This document shows positions 1 to 12,519 of a stretch of 64,000 bases of DNA, in pieces. Source of the DNA: Phoronis australis. Taxonomy: Eukaryota > Animalia > Phoronida. The stretch covers positions 574,766 through 638,765 of the forward strand of contig NMRA01000097.1 of the NCBI GenBank assembly GCA_002633005.1, read 5' to 3'. The notes beneath the pieces were generated by a model that saw only the letters and a list, made by a program, of their open reading frames with translations, did not search any database and had not been told where the DNA came from. The position numbers and the translations under genes are program-made. Positions within the stretch are counted from its first letter, which is position 1. Each line of letters opens with the position of its first letter.

Positions 1-389
1 TGCTCACTTGAGAATGTTGATTTATAAACATGCTTTCGTAGTTTTCTCAGTAGGCCTATGTGAACCATAAATCAAAAACTGTCCGATAACTATGCTGCTA
101 TTGGGCAAGCAGACGACATAATCAGTCGGCACCGAAGTTTGAATTTTGTAATTAATTACGAGTAGCATTGCCAAAAGTACTCACAATACCAACACTTCTA
201 CTATTGAAAGACTTTGAAAAGCGTTTCAATGCCGAAATTAATATTTTTTTCGTTGTTTTGGACAACAAAGTAGATGCAGGTATTTCTCGTCAAAATACAC
301 TGACCGGAAACTGCAGCAGATAGGTCAGGAGAGTTCAACTCAGCATGTAAGGATATGCCGGAGTTGCGAATCTGTTGTCTATAATCTAT

Positions 390-660
390 GCTAAAACCAA
401 GTGAAGAAAGGGGATTTGGACCCTTTGACCCCTTGTATCAGCCATGCTTAGACCAGTCCGTGGTGAAGGATGTCCTTCAGAATTTATCTGGTCGATAAGG
501 GGGTCATAACTTATAGATTTGATATCACTAAAACCAAGTGAAGAAAGGGGATTCGGACCCTTTGACCCCCTTGTATCCGCCATGCTTAGACCAGTCCGTG
601 GTGAAGGATGTCCTTCAGAATTTAACTGGTCGATCAGGGCGTCATCGTCGTAAGCGCTAT
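390..660. repeat. Tandem duplication, two copies of about 138 bp
   Basis: ctaaaaccaagtgaagaaagggg...gatgtccttcagaattta at about 390 and 528. Confidence 0.85.
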
Positions 661-1799
661 GGGTTTGACTCCGCTGGTCCACGATTTATTGTTGCCTTAA
701 GGGTTCTTGTCTCGTCCTTTGGGCGCGAAATATAGAAACTAAAATGACACAGAAATAAATTTGTCCATTTACATGCACGTGTATCATTTTGCAGTCAATC
801 GTGAGTATGAATGCGAGTGCCTGTGTTGGGCACAGACATAATATTTTTTCTCATGAGGAAAGTTTTTTGACCTTTTCGCAAATGTCAGCACTGATGTTAC
901 CCACTTGATCAGGTTTTCATTGAAGCACTTCAATAGTTTCTTTGTTGGGTTAATCCAGAACGACGCGGTACGGAGACTTGGATTCTTTTTAGCCTAGTTT
1001 TCCTAAAACCGCTCCCTGGTCTAACAAAACCAGGCTTTCAGACTTTAAATCACGTTAGTGAAATGCAAGTTAGTTCTTCAAATAGACCAGGTATAGGAAA
1101 AGCATTTTTTAAATCTTTGTGAAATTGTCTGCAGAAATCTTTGTCTCCTTGCACCACTTAAAATAAAACATTAACTCAAGGAATGATATTTGTTGAATTC
1201 AGAGCCTAAGGAGTAATCTCTGTACTGGAAATAAAACACGAAATTCGACCAATTTCATGGCTTTCTAATTCGAAGGTCAATGCCCCCTGGCTCTTAAAAT
1301 GCAACGTCGTTAGTTAGTTAGGCAGTGGTTGCTTGGTTGAAATGGGATTGTTATTTCAAACATTGGTGCATCTGTGATACGATGATATTGTAAACACTTT
1401 TGTATTCAATAATTTGGATTAATCACATAGCTTGATAGTATTGCTATTATGAAAATTTTCTTTTACATTTGTGTGATCAACTGTGGGGTTATTAGAGTAT
1501 TGTGCATCTAATTACAACCATCCGCAGGAAGTTCAAGCTGCGCATGTGCCTAGGGGCGTGCTAAGTGAGTAAAACCATGCCTGAAAGTCATGCATCCGAT
1601 ATGTGTGCAGCCCAGTCATATTTTTAAATAAACATATCTTTTGGATCGAACTGTAAGAACAAGTACAAGCAAGTCTTTAGGTTTATTCAACAACGAGGAG
1701 CTGGAACCCTTGCTTTGCACGCGGGATAGGGGGAATACCAGTCCATTTTTGTTACAGGTATCGTATTTTAACATGCGATGCTTTGCCGTATATGAATAT

Positions 1800-2438
1800 T
1801 GATTCCTTATATAATCTAACTATTCCATAACGCACCGGAAAAGGTCATTTGGTGCAAAGGTCATATAATTTTTGAAAATGCTACTTCTTCAGTTTTAAAG
1901 CTATCTTTATTAAATTCGGCGCACGTGTATAAGTCAATAAAGCAATTTGAGGAATTATTTTTCTAAGTAATCGAGTCATCCAACAGGTTAAACAGGTTGG
2001 TTATTAGGTGCAAACCAAGATTTTGAATTAGACACTTCAAATTTGCACGTCTAATGGACACGTTTGATTCAGTTCGAAATCTAAAGTTATATGACATTTA
2101 GTGCAACCATTGAGTCATTAGGTGCAGTTTTCTTCTGAAAATTTGACCAATTCATTCATCTTGTATTTTAAAGTGCTTAAAGTAAGATACATTTATTCTT
2201 AGCACTGATCACACTTTTCATCGAGTTTACATTTACTCCAGTATCAGGGCTCATAATTCAAAGAAAAGGGTCAATTAGTGCAAAAGTCGTCAAATTATCA
2301 ACATGTAATTTCTCCTCCAATTTTACAGAATCCTTTTCATCTTGGTAAAGGGATTGTTGTCAATAATTTCCCATAACAATTCCAGTAAAACGAACGCGGA
2401 GAGTCCATTTTTGTCACACCGTGACAAAAAATTCTAAT
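1800..2438 (+). mobile_element. Helentron-like non-autonomous element (HINE), 3' part
   Basis: 1820-1910 is the reverse complement of about 11865-11955; ends with palindrome tttttgtcacaccgtgacaaaaa followed by a T-rich tail. Confidence 0.55.
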
Positions 2439-2903
2439 TTCTGTTGTCTTTGATATTGTTCTTCTTAATTGTTACATCAATTAAAAAATGAAAATTTCTC
2501 TATCTCTTTTTACATAGAATTTTTCTCAAGTGAGTTTCAACTATTTTTCCGGAAATCCTAACGTGGAGTGAAAGGCCAATTTCTTTTCTAAAATATTAAA
2601 TTATTTCATGAAACAGACCCAGGACTTAACATCGCACTTGTATACATGTCAATTTGTTTTTGAAATAAGCACATCAACAATTTTGACAAATTTAGGCATG
2701 ACGGAATAATCCAGTCGTCTTCACTACATGTATAAGTCAGAGCAACGCACGTGAATTCTACACGCAATTATCCCCAATTCCGGCAACATTCGGAGAAAGT
2801 GGTCAAGACCATTTGATGACTGCAATTAATATTTTAGTGAAGAATTCCCCCGGAACAACTTGAGCCTAAAATACAAAGGGGGTGGGAATAAAAATGAGCT
2901 CGC

Positions 2904-3560
2904 TGTTAATAAGAATCGCTCCCGTATGGTCTCCAGGCCAGACACTATCTATCTTTGCTGCGCATGCGCAATGTCCTTCTTCTCTACTATTGTTGCATAG
3001 TATGTTAGACGTGTTATTTTATATCTCGCATTAAATCCGTTGTGGCAAACTTCAGCAGAGTTATACATCATAAATGAACAGGTTATGGGCCCAGGAGTCG
3101 CCTACTGTTTTCTGGAAATGCTGCTGACTTCAACGTTTGGGAAACGCGATTCCTGAACTACCTGCGCACACAAGACAAGGGGCATTACAACGCCCTTGTT
3201 GACGGTGAACTGGCTTCGGATTTCGCCTCTAAGAACCGGGCTGCACACGCAGAACTCGTACAAGTTCTCGAAGAACGTTCACTCATGGTAATCATGAACG
3301 ATTAAACTGAAATGACGGGAAAGCAGCCTACCAAACGCTAAAAGCGCACTATGTCGGTGCAGAAGAACCACGAGTGTTAACACTGCACGAGGAGCTGACA
3401 ACATTGGTGATAAAACCACAAGAAAACACCAGCACTTACATAATCCGGGCCGAACACGCATCAACTTCTGTACGGCCTTCAGGTGAGAACATTTCTGAAA
3501 ATCTTGTGATTGTAATGGTTATAAAAGCCTTCCCAAATCCTGTCGACCATTTGTTGTTGT
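2904..3560 (+). mobile_element. Copia LTR retrotransposon 5' fragment (LTR, PBS, degenerate gag)
   Basis: TGTT...AACA putative LTR ending at 3080 (start uncertain), immediately followed by the copia-type PBS ggttatgggcccag; gag-like TGYGPRSRLLFSGNAADFNVWETRFLNYL...AELVQVLEERSL / DGKAAYQTLKAHY...PRVLTLHEELTTL...YIIRAE with stop and frameshift. Confidence 0.8.
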
Positions 3561-6079
3561 GCGCAAGCAAATAATAGATTATAGACAACAGATTCGCAAC
3601 TCCGACGTTTTCTTCTGTGCTATCCAAAAGGAGGCGACACTCTCCCAAATTATCTGGTGCAGTTTCCGGTTAGTGTACTTTGACGGGAAATTCTCGCATC
3701 TACTTCACTGTCCAGTTAAACGAAAAAAAAATCTCAATTCCGCATTGAAACTGTGTCCAAAGTCTTCTAAAAGTAGAAGTGTTGATATCGTGAGTATTTT
3801 TGGCAATGCTACCGTTAATTAATTACAAAATTCAAACTTCGGTGCCTACTGATTATGTCGTCTGCTTGCGCAATAACAGCACAATTATCGGACCGTTTGT
3901 GTGTGCATCATGGTTCACATACTGAGAAAACTACGAAAGCATATTTGCGCACAAATTCTAAGGAGTACCTGTGAATGCAAAAGATACTTATATAACGTTT
4001 TTGTTTTAGATTTTTTTTTTTTTGGATTAAAACATGCGACTCTGCAACGATTTCACAGGTTAAACCTTTTTATGTTAATTTATAATTCACATTCTAAAGT
4101 TAGCAGTTCTTCTAGGAAGTGTTAAGTGTCCCTTAAAAGGGCCGTTGGTTGCACTGTGCATGAGCCTTAGGTATAGTGTGAAATGGTTCTTAAAGAACCA
4201 TTGAATAATTCCACATAAATAACACAGTATACCGTGTTCACTCAAGTACTGAAGGTCCTCTTCATTTAATTTTTCACCAGGAAGTTTGGATGAAACAGAG
4301 AAGATGACAATATCAATGACAGTTGTAGCACTTTAAATAGATGTTACCGTTCACCAACGTTATCACGAACCCTGTCTCGTTCAGTTCTTGCTCCTGGATC
4401 CACAAGTAATCCTGAACCGTAGGGAAAAAAGACATACAACAACACGAATCAAATTTCGAAAATCACCGCCTTCGTACGATTTCGCATTGCTGTCGCCAGA
4501 CTGATATTCCTCCATGTTGAAAATCGACGTTGCAAGTGATGGAAACTTGTGTCCTTTGTTTCTAACTTTTAACCCATTTTTTTAAGAATGGGGTGTACTG
4601 ATTTTGGCTAATGTTGATAGAGCATAACTTTTGGTTTTTACAACGCATTAATCGTGTTGAATGTATTGATATAAAGTGGCCTCATTGAGTTGAACAGAAG
4701 ATAAATTAAATGTAACACAATAAAGTTTTGTAAGTAAATAAAGCAGTAACAGGACTCCCTAAGAATAAAACTTGTTTTCGAAAACTTTGCACCGCTGGTG
4801 ATCTGGTTGGTTCATGCACTTACGGCGGGAAAATGATAGACCAAGCATTGTGCACGTGTGCAATGTAGCAACACTTTGTATCTAATTCTTATTTGGCCGA
4901 TCTGCTGATACAGTAAATTTTATTGATGCCCATCCTGATTTGACCGCATCTTGAGCTTGTTGGGTTCAACCATATTGGGGTTGGCACAGGGACCCACATG
5001 GTGTTTACTCGAATGGGCTTCATTTTACCGGCTATTTCAAAGTTTGTAGGTGAAGTAAATAAACTAAATGGATGATTATCATCACCGGAATTTTATCATT
5101 AGTATATTTTTCCGGGTGCTCAAATTTTCTAAGACTAGGGATTGTCACATTTGTAAGGTAGAAATGTTTCGCCGGACTTCCTGGTCTGTGGTGTTATTTA
5201 TAAAGGACCAAAATTAAAAAGAGGCCCTTGTTTAAATCAAGAGCTGCATAAAAATAATTGCAGGCGATCTGATACACGTTGTACATGGGCCGCGCAGCAG
5301 TGAAAAAAGCGTTGCTAAATCCCCCAGCACCCATGTGGTGCGCCGCCTATAGACTATGGGTGGCGCAGCACTGCAAAAAGTGGGGGCTATGCAGTTCGTA
5401 AAAAGTAAAACTGGACTTCTAAGCCGCTTGATCTGATTTGACATTTCTCATAATATTTCAAAAGTACTATATTTAGTATCCTTTATGAACGGGGATTCTT
5501 TTGTTACATTAGGAGTGGGATTGGTTAATTTTATGCCCTAGTGGTGGTATAGGACATTACAAAATTGGTTGAAGAATTTTGTTTTCGTCATAAACGTTTG
5601 TTTGAAAAACTTAAGTTTGGAAATGTTAGGACTTAAGGAGGAAATTTAAAAACAACTCTCACACCCCTCTGGTGTTCCTGTCCCATGTTTGCAAAGAAGT
5701 TGGTTTTATTTTCATAGACTGCAATTTACATGTACTTGGCTAAGATGGTCTAGAGATTTTGTGCAGCATATATTCGACATGAAATGAGTGTGTAACCTGC
5801 TGTGAAATAGACTTTGAATAGGCTAGTTGGTAGCCTAGGTACAAAGTTGTGTACTGAATGTATATTTTGATGATAGTCTTCATACAGCTAGCTGGATCGC
5901 TAATCAGTTGGTTATTTCTGGACTATTAATGCGATGTTTATTGATGTTAAAAGTTTTACCAGCATTCAATTTATTTTTACACGGATTTATAAATCGGCTA
6001 AGACGGTGATCTAAATCCCGACGAAATGTGCGCATTCTGCTGAGATAGTAACCGCCTGTTTAAGGCCAGCAAAGATGAC

Positions 6080-6263
6080 TAATTTGTTAAATTCGCACAC
6101 TAGGTTATGGTTGAAGTTCCTGGTAAGGACAGGAGTTCGTGAATCACTATCTTTTGAAAGCTTTTTCTCCCACAGCTGATAATGGGGATTCCGTACACTA
6201 TGGAAGCTAACGCGTTTGCATTTCGCCTGTGACCGAACACCCGGCCACACAGCAACCGACCAT
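6080..6263 (-). pseudogene. Degenerate THAP zinc-finger relic (transposon-derived)
   Basis: MVGCCVAGCS, then after a frameshift VSFHSVRNPHYQLWEKKL...LVCEF; THAP order C-x4-C, FH, W, C. Confidence 0.5.
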
Positions 6264-7639
6264 GATTAGCAGACGACGTACTTGCCGGAAATAACGCCAG
6301 ATACTTTGGCCAGGTGACGCTAGTGAATAATGACGTAACGGCTTGTGCGAAACAGCACAGATTTCGTCCATTGAAAGTATACGAAGTTGGCAGTCTATAG
6401 TCTAAGCGCAAATAGACAAACACGATACGCTAGAAATAAAGAAAAGTCCATTCAAGAGATTTATTATTTTTTTCACAAATCCAAGGTCAACTGGAGCCGG
6501 TAGATAGAAATTGTTGAATCAAGCGTGATATTGTTTAATATTTACGTGACACATTTGAGTTCTTGGCATCACTTGTCATATTCCAAGATTCCATGCGAAA
6601 TTGCATTGTGTAAAGCACGTGAGATATTAGGGAAAAAAGAGTTGATGGCAAATCGCTAGATTGCTTTTGTGATTCTCAAAAACGAAACAAGTGTGTGGAA
6701 TTTGCGTTCACAGTGCAAACCCGTGTCTTAAGTTAGGTGTTACAGAAGAAGAGCAAACGTTCAATTTAATGCCTGCTGTCCATGCTGCTACCTCGCTGAA
6801 CACATAGTGCTAGTGTCATTGCCTGCACAATGGCACAAATTCAGTACAGCGTGTGGAACCATCCAGTTTCACATGAGTGCTTGTTTTGGATAACTGGTAT
6901 GTATCGTCATCACTGTGGAAACATCAATTATACCGAATTGTCACGAAAAGATTGAGAAACTGTCAGTTTGACATTGGCTGCCCAATGCTTACCCATCGTT
7001 GGATCAAAGCCGTGTGTGGTCTTAGTGCAAAGCTGTACAATAAATATATAGTTTTGCATCGATGTGGGTAAAAAATGGCTAAATGAAACCTGCCACAAAA
7101 TGAGTGTCATTAAAGCTACACTATTCATTGGGTAATCTAAGTTATTTAGACGTTCTCCCGTTCTTCTTCTGTTAACGTGGCGAGGTGCTAATTTGCATCG
7201 GCTTTCGGTGCTATGAAATATGCCGTCAGCTATTGACGAGTTTCTTTTTTCATCGATTCTTCAAACAACTGTTGTTCTTTCACGAGGTTGCGTGCACGCT
7301 GAAACAAGTTATCGAACTGGTTTCACTGCATTATAAAGTTTTACAATTGTGATACCAGCAAACCGAATTTCAGAATAAATTTTGAACTGCGAAGCTGTCA
7401 TCATCTTCCGACAGATGTCGCAAAAAATAGGAAATGGCGCTTGAGCTTGTCACGAGCGTACTGTTTTCAAAACGACGACAAACTTTTTGCGCGTTGAATG
7501 ACCATTGGATCGTCACTTTATCGGACTCTACGTTGTTAAAGACCGAGAAACAAGTTCTGGAACGTAGCCATGAACGTAGTCGTTCCGAAAAAAACCCTGA
7601 CGAGGGAGTTCGTCACAATCAACGAATACGTGTGCTGTT

Positions 7640-10000
7640 ATCCATAAACAAGGTGCTCCCCTAAGGCATATTGTCTCCTGTATTAGCGGTATCTTTTACA
7701 ACGCGGTTAAAGATTTGACGAACATTCTTAAACTATTGTTGGGTTTGCCTCCTCATCACATTCCCAACAGTGAAGACTTCATTGACGGAATTAGTGACCT
7801 CGAGATACCACAATCACGTAAGATGCTTTCCCACGAAGTATCCGCACTTTTCACTAGTGGTCTCCCATCCCTCCCATCGTCGCCAGCATCTTCATGCAAG
7901 ATTTTGAGGTTCGTGCTATTGCGACAGCTCCAACTCCCTCGTTACACCGGAGACCATATGTCGATGACATCTCTAGTTATCCACGAAACTTCTGTTGATG
8001 AGTTCACCAAACCCCTCAACAATCTAGATCTATCCATCCATTTTACCCGAACACTCGAATGAGATATCACTCTCCCCTTCCCCGACATTTTCCTCCGACT
8101 ACACGGTGGTGGTTCCACCTCCACTTCCTTTTACCGCAAGCCTAAGCACACTGATCAGTATCTCAGACTTGCATCGAATCACCGTCTCACAAACCATGTG
8201 TAATACGGACTCTACTTAACAGAGCCGAGAAACTTGTTCCTGATGACAACAAAAGAGAGGCTGACGTTCGTCAGAGAAACGAGCATTTCGTGGTAACGGA
8301 TATCTTGACTGGATATTTGATGTACGCAACGAAGAACCACGACTAAGTAACCTCCAGCTCCTTCGATCATCAACATCCCTATATCACAGTCGTCCCCGAA
8401 GGGATTCAGACCACATACCGAAAACACAATATCACGTCGTTTCACAAACCAATCGACACCATTCGGTCCACCCTCCCATCAGTGAAAGATGTGACACCCC
8501 CCCTCGAGAGGTGTGGTGTGATCTACGAATACGAGTGTTGTGAGTGTACTGACAACTATATCGGTGAGACTGGTCTCCAGCTATCGACCAGGATTAAGAA
8601 TCATCTTAATTTTGAGGTGCTGAATCCAAAATGTATGCCAATAATAATTGCCTATGAAAATGAGTATAATATATCAATCCATAGGTTTACAAGTACGATA
8701 AAAACGATTCTGATACTATTTTTGTGACTGGAGGTCAAGGTCAAGCGAAAAGGTCATGGTCAGGCCACACAATTTCCATTGGAAATACAGTGAGCTCAAA
8801 TATTTCAGGGAATCTTAAATCATAAATTCATTCTAGCTTTTGAGTGTTTCAGGCATAACATTGTATGACAAAATGAATTTTGATTAGGTCATCGATAAAT
8901 CTAAGATGGCTGCCAGCCGCCATTGTGGAATTATAATGCCTAAGGAAGTGTTAACATCAATTGTATATTTTAATAGGAAATCAAATGCCGAAAAGTTGGG
9001 CAACATCCTTACAATACTAAAAATACCATAAGGCATAGATTGAGTGCAGTAAATAAATCTTCAATTTGGAATAAAAACGATTGTTAAAATTGCCGTTTCT
9101 CTTTATTGAAAACTAACAATGAACCAAATGCTCAAGGTTTACTAAATCTATAACTTTACTGCTCGGAGAATGGCTAAGGAGGCGGCAGGGTAGGAGTGGC
9201 TTGTTTGCGGTAACCCATTGCAACTGACCATTTTGTGTGCTTAAGTCATCACATATTTGCAAAATGCAACCTTGGAGCATAATCTTGTCACGAAAATAGT
9301 GCTTAAAATGAGCTTCCAGTGCATGATAACGTAATATATTGACGTATCGCTCGAGAGCTAAGAATACTTCCTTAGGCATTGCAATTCCACGATGGCGGCT
9401 GGTGGCCATCTTAGATTTTTAGATGACCTAAGCAAAATTAATTTGTCATACAGTTTTATACCTAAAACACTCCAAAACTAGTCCAAATTTATATGTACAG
9501 ATGCGCTGAAATATTCGAGCTCACCATATTTCCAATGGAACATGTGCAGCATCATGTAACATTGACCTCGACCTGTTCGCGTGACCTTGACCTCCAGTCA
9601 CAGAAACAGTAACAGAATCGATTTTATGATACCTGAAAACCTACAGTTTGATGTTCCTTACTGATTTTAAATGGCATTCATTGGGACTTGCCAATTTCAA
9701 TATGGCCGACGGCGGCCATCTTGGATTTGAGGGTTATGCGGACAAAATACAGCATGGCATACATTTTTTTGGATTCAGCACCCCAAAATTAGTGAAAGTC
9801 AATCATCACATCTGCGTTACACCAAATGGTCTCGACACCATTATTGAAAATTGCAACCTGACTATATTGCTGTTCAGGTGTATGCCAAAGGCCTGCATCA
9901 CCAGATCTCTGATAAGGGTTTCAGGATATTAAGTCTACATCGCAGTTTACGAGAAGCAATTGAGATCCAAATCCACACAACTAGTCTTAAGAAAATTTTG
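7640..10000 (+). mobile_element. Degenerate Penelope-like retroelement (RT plus GIY-YIG), split by an insertion
   Basis: HIPNSEDFI...MLSHEVSALFT, YVDD (ccatatgtcgatgac), IHFT..E...LPF.D, YRKPKHTDQYL, GVIYEYECCECTDNYIGETGLQLSTRIKNH; resumes after 9807 with REAIEIQ. Confidence 0.85.
8606..9800. mobile_element. Foldback/MITE with long inverted arms, inserted in the Penelope-like element
   Basis: taattttgaggtgctgaatccaaaatgtatgcca vs tggcatacattttttttggattcagcaccccaaaatta; arms about 8606-8960 and 9360-9800; flanking direct repeat aatcatc at 8599-8605 and 9801-9807. Confidence 0.8.
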
Positions 10001-10989
10001 GCACTGGGGTCAGTTACGGGGTACTGCCGACATTACGGTATCCTCGGAACTGTTTTCATCGACTTACACGCGGTGATGAAACAATTTCGTGAGAAATGGT
10101 CAAAACGGCTGTACACTTTCCACAACAAGATACGGCTTTTTCGTTCCAAAACAGATCTCTACGCAATATTTCCATGATTTTCTTTGTTACGAAAGGCGGA
10201 TAATTGCGCTAGAAAGTGACTTTTATAAATTTGTTTTTTCACCTTAAAGGCTGTTAGGGGCATGATGAGTGTCTGTTGAACTCCCAGATTCTGTATGCAC
10301 CCGCCACTCTTTAGTCCTTCATGTTCATGCAAGTCTCACAGCGAAGTGACGAGCAGAAGAACCCGGCTTGTGTGCAATTTCGATGTCTGTCGACGCTGAA
10401 CACACAGTGGTATCCTAGCTGTATTTTGACAATAATCTCCATAAAGGTAGCTGGCTGTATGGTAAACATACAGATTTGCAGTGATGTACTAGGTAAAAAC
10501 TGGCCAAATGAAATCTGAAACAAATCAGTTTCGCTCAAAACTACACTCTTCCTGTAGTAAACTAAAGTATTTGCCGGTGGCATTCTTTCGTTGAATTTGT
10601 GCTAAAGTAGTTGAGCAATCTTATGCGTCGGGTTTCGGCTCAATGAAATATAGCGTGACATTTAATCGCCAATTCTGCAATCAACTGCTACCACACGAAG
10701 TTGGCTACATGTCACAAAAATTGTCAGAAGTCGTTTCATTAGTATTTTAATGCCTGTAACCGCACTTCAGAACAAATTTTGCTGTTGCGAATCTCCCATC
10801 ATTTCGCGAGAGATGTCACAAAGAACTAAGGAAATGCATGAGAATTTTGAGACATCCAGTTGAGAAAACAGATACTGGAATAAAAACTTACAAAAACTAG
10901 AAAGATTATTGTCACAGCGTGACAATAATGGACTCTGCGCGTGTGTATTACAGGAATTATTATGGGATATTACTGACAGCAACCAGTTT

Positions 10990-12519
10990 ACCAATATGAA
11001 AAAGAATTCTTTAAAACTGTAGGAGAAATTACATATTAATTTTTGATGACCTTTCCACTAATTGACCTCTTCCGGTGCATTTTGAGCCCCGAAGAGGGAC
11101 TAATTGTTAACTCGATTAAAAGTGTGGTTAATGCTAATAATCACAGATGTTTTACTTTAAGCACTTCAGAATACAAGCTGATTGAAATGGTCAAACTTTC
11201 AGAAGAAAAATGTACCTAATGACCCCATGTGTGCACCAAATGACCTGAAAATTTAGAATTCAAAATCAATCGCACTTAGTAAACAGATACGTAATTCTGA
11301 AGTCTCTAGCTCAAAATTTTAGTTTGCACTCAATGACCTTTGACCTGTTTTTTCTGATTGGTTAGGCGTATTGCGAAGTAAAGCAGGGTATTCAATTGGC
11401 ATGTTGACTTACACCAGTGTGCTGAAATTGAAAAGAATTCCTTCAAAAACGTAAGAGATATAACATTTTGAACGTTACACGACCTTTGCACTAATTGACC
11501 TTATCCGGTGCATTTTAAGCATCTTGTGGAGAATTATTGCAAAGCCCATGGAAAATGTGTTTAACGCTGAGAATCACAGTTGTCTAACGGTTGACACATC
11601 AGAATACTTGCTGATTGAAAAGGTCAAATTTTCAGAAGAAAAATGCACCTAATGACCCCATGTTTGCACTAAATGACCTGAAACTTTGGATTCCGATTTG
11701 ATTTACATGTGGCAATCAGACCTGTCAATTTGAAGTGTCTATCTCAAAATTTTAGTTTGCACCTAATGACCTTTGACCTATTTCACCTGATTGGATGACC
11801 CGATTACTTAGAAAAGTAATTTTTTAAATTGTCATGTTGACCTTTACCTGTGCACCGAATTTGAAAAAGATAGCTTTAAAACTGAAGGAGAAGTAGCATT
11901 TTGAAAATTATATGATTTTTGCACCAAACGACCTCTTCCGGCGCAATATGGAATATGATTTTTAACCAATCAAAATTTATGTACTGTCAAAAGTCATATG
12001 CTGAATTTAAAGACCGTACCTTCACCCAATTTGGAGTTATTAAGCCTCAAATTTGGTCGGAAGAAGAATAAGAAGAAGAATAAGAAGAATAAGAATAAAA
12101 TTGAAGAAAACCCAGGAACAGCAGTACTCTGCGCTTATACGCGCAGAGTAATAAGAATAAAATTGAAGAAAACCCAGGAACAACAGTATTCTGCGCTTAC
12201 ACGCGCAAGTAATAAAATTGAAGAAAACCCAGGAACAACAGTACTCTGCGCTTACACGCGCAGAGTAATAAGAAGAATAAAAAGAAGAATCAGAAGAATA
12301 AGAATAAAATTGAAGAAAACCCAGGAACAACAGTACTCTGCGCTTAAACGCGCAGAGTAATAAGAATAAAATTGAAGAAAACCCAGGAACAACAGCACTC
12401 TGCGCTTACACGCGCAGAGTAATAAGAAGAATAATAAGAAGAATAAGAATAAGAATAAGTATAAAATTGAAGAAAAACCCAGGAACAACAGCACTGTGCC
12501 CTTACACACGCAGAGTAAT
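10990..12519 (-). mobile_element. Helentron/DINE-1-like HINE with about 430-bp internal repeats and a multiplied terminus
   Basis: Internal repeats recur at about 11000, 11430 and 11865; (AAG/AAT)n microsatellite; terminal hairpin tactctgcgc-N6-gcgcagagta. Confidence 0.6.
12097..12519. repeat. Six copies of an approximately 56-bp hairpin-containing unit separated by variable AAG/AAT tracts
   Basis: aaaattgaagaaaacccaggaacaacagtactctgcgcttacacgcgcagagtaat at about 12097, 12159, 12214, 12306, 12368, 12463. Confidence 0.92.

Larger units (their letters stand above)
1..4132. mobile_element. Large non-autonomous TIR element (Kolobok-like) with nested insertions; left end lies outside the window
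   Basis: About 1-320 is the inverted repeat of about 3660-3960 (gcaagcagacgacataatcagtcggcaccgaagtttgaattttgtaattaatta vs taattaattacaaaattcaaacttcggtgcctactgattatgtcgtctgcttgc); right end gtgtccc followed by TTAA. Confidence 0.6.

Noticed and set aside
386-735. Repetitive ORFs at the window start
   Set aside because: Explained by the 138-bp tandem duplication inside a TIR element; no recognisable domain.
12060-12519. CRISPR array or Lys-rich ORF (11998-12360)
   Set aside because: The spacers are simple AAG/AAT tracts rather than unique sequence, there are no cas genes, the context is eukaryotic, and the ORFs are translations of the repeat.
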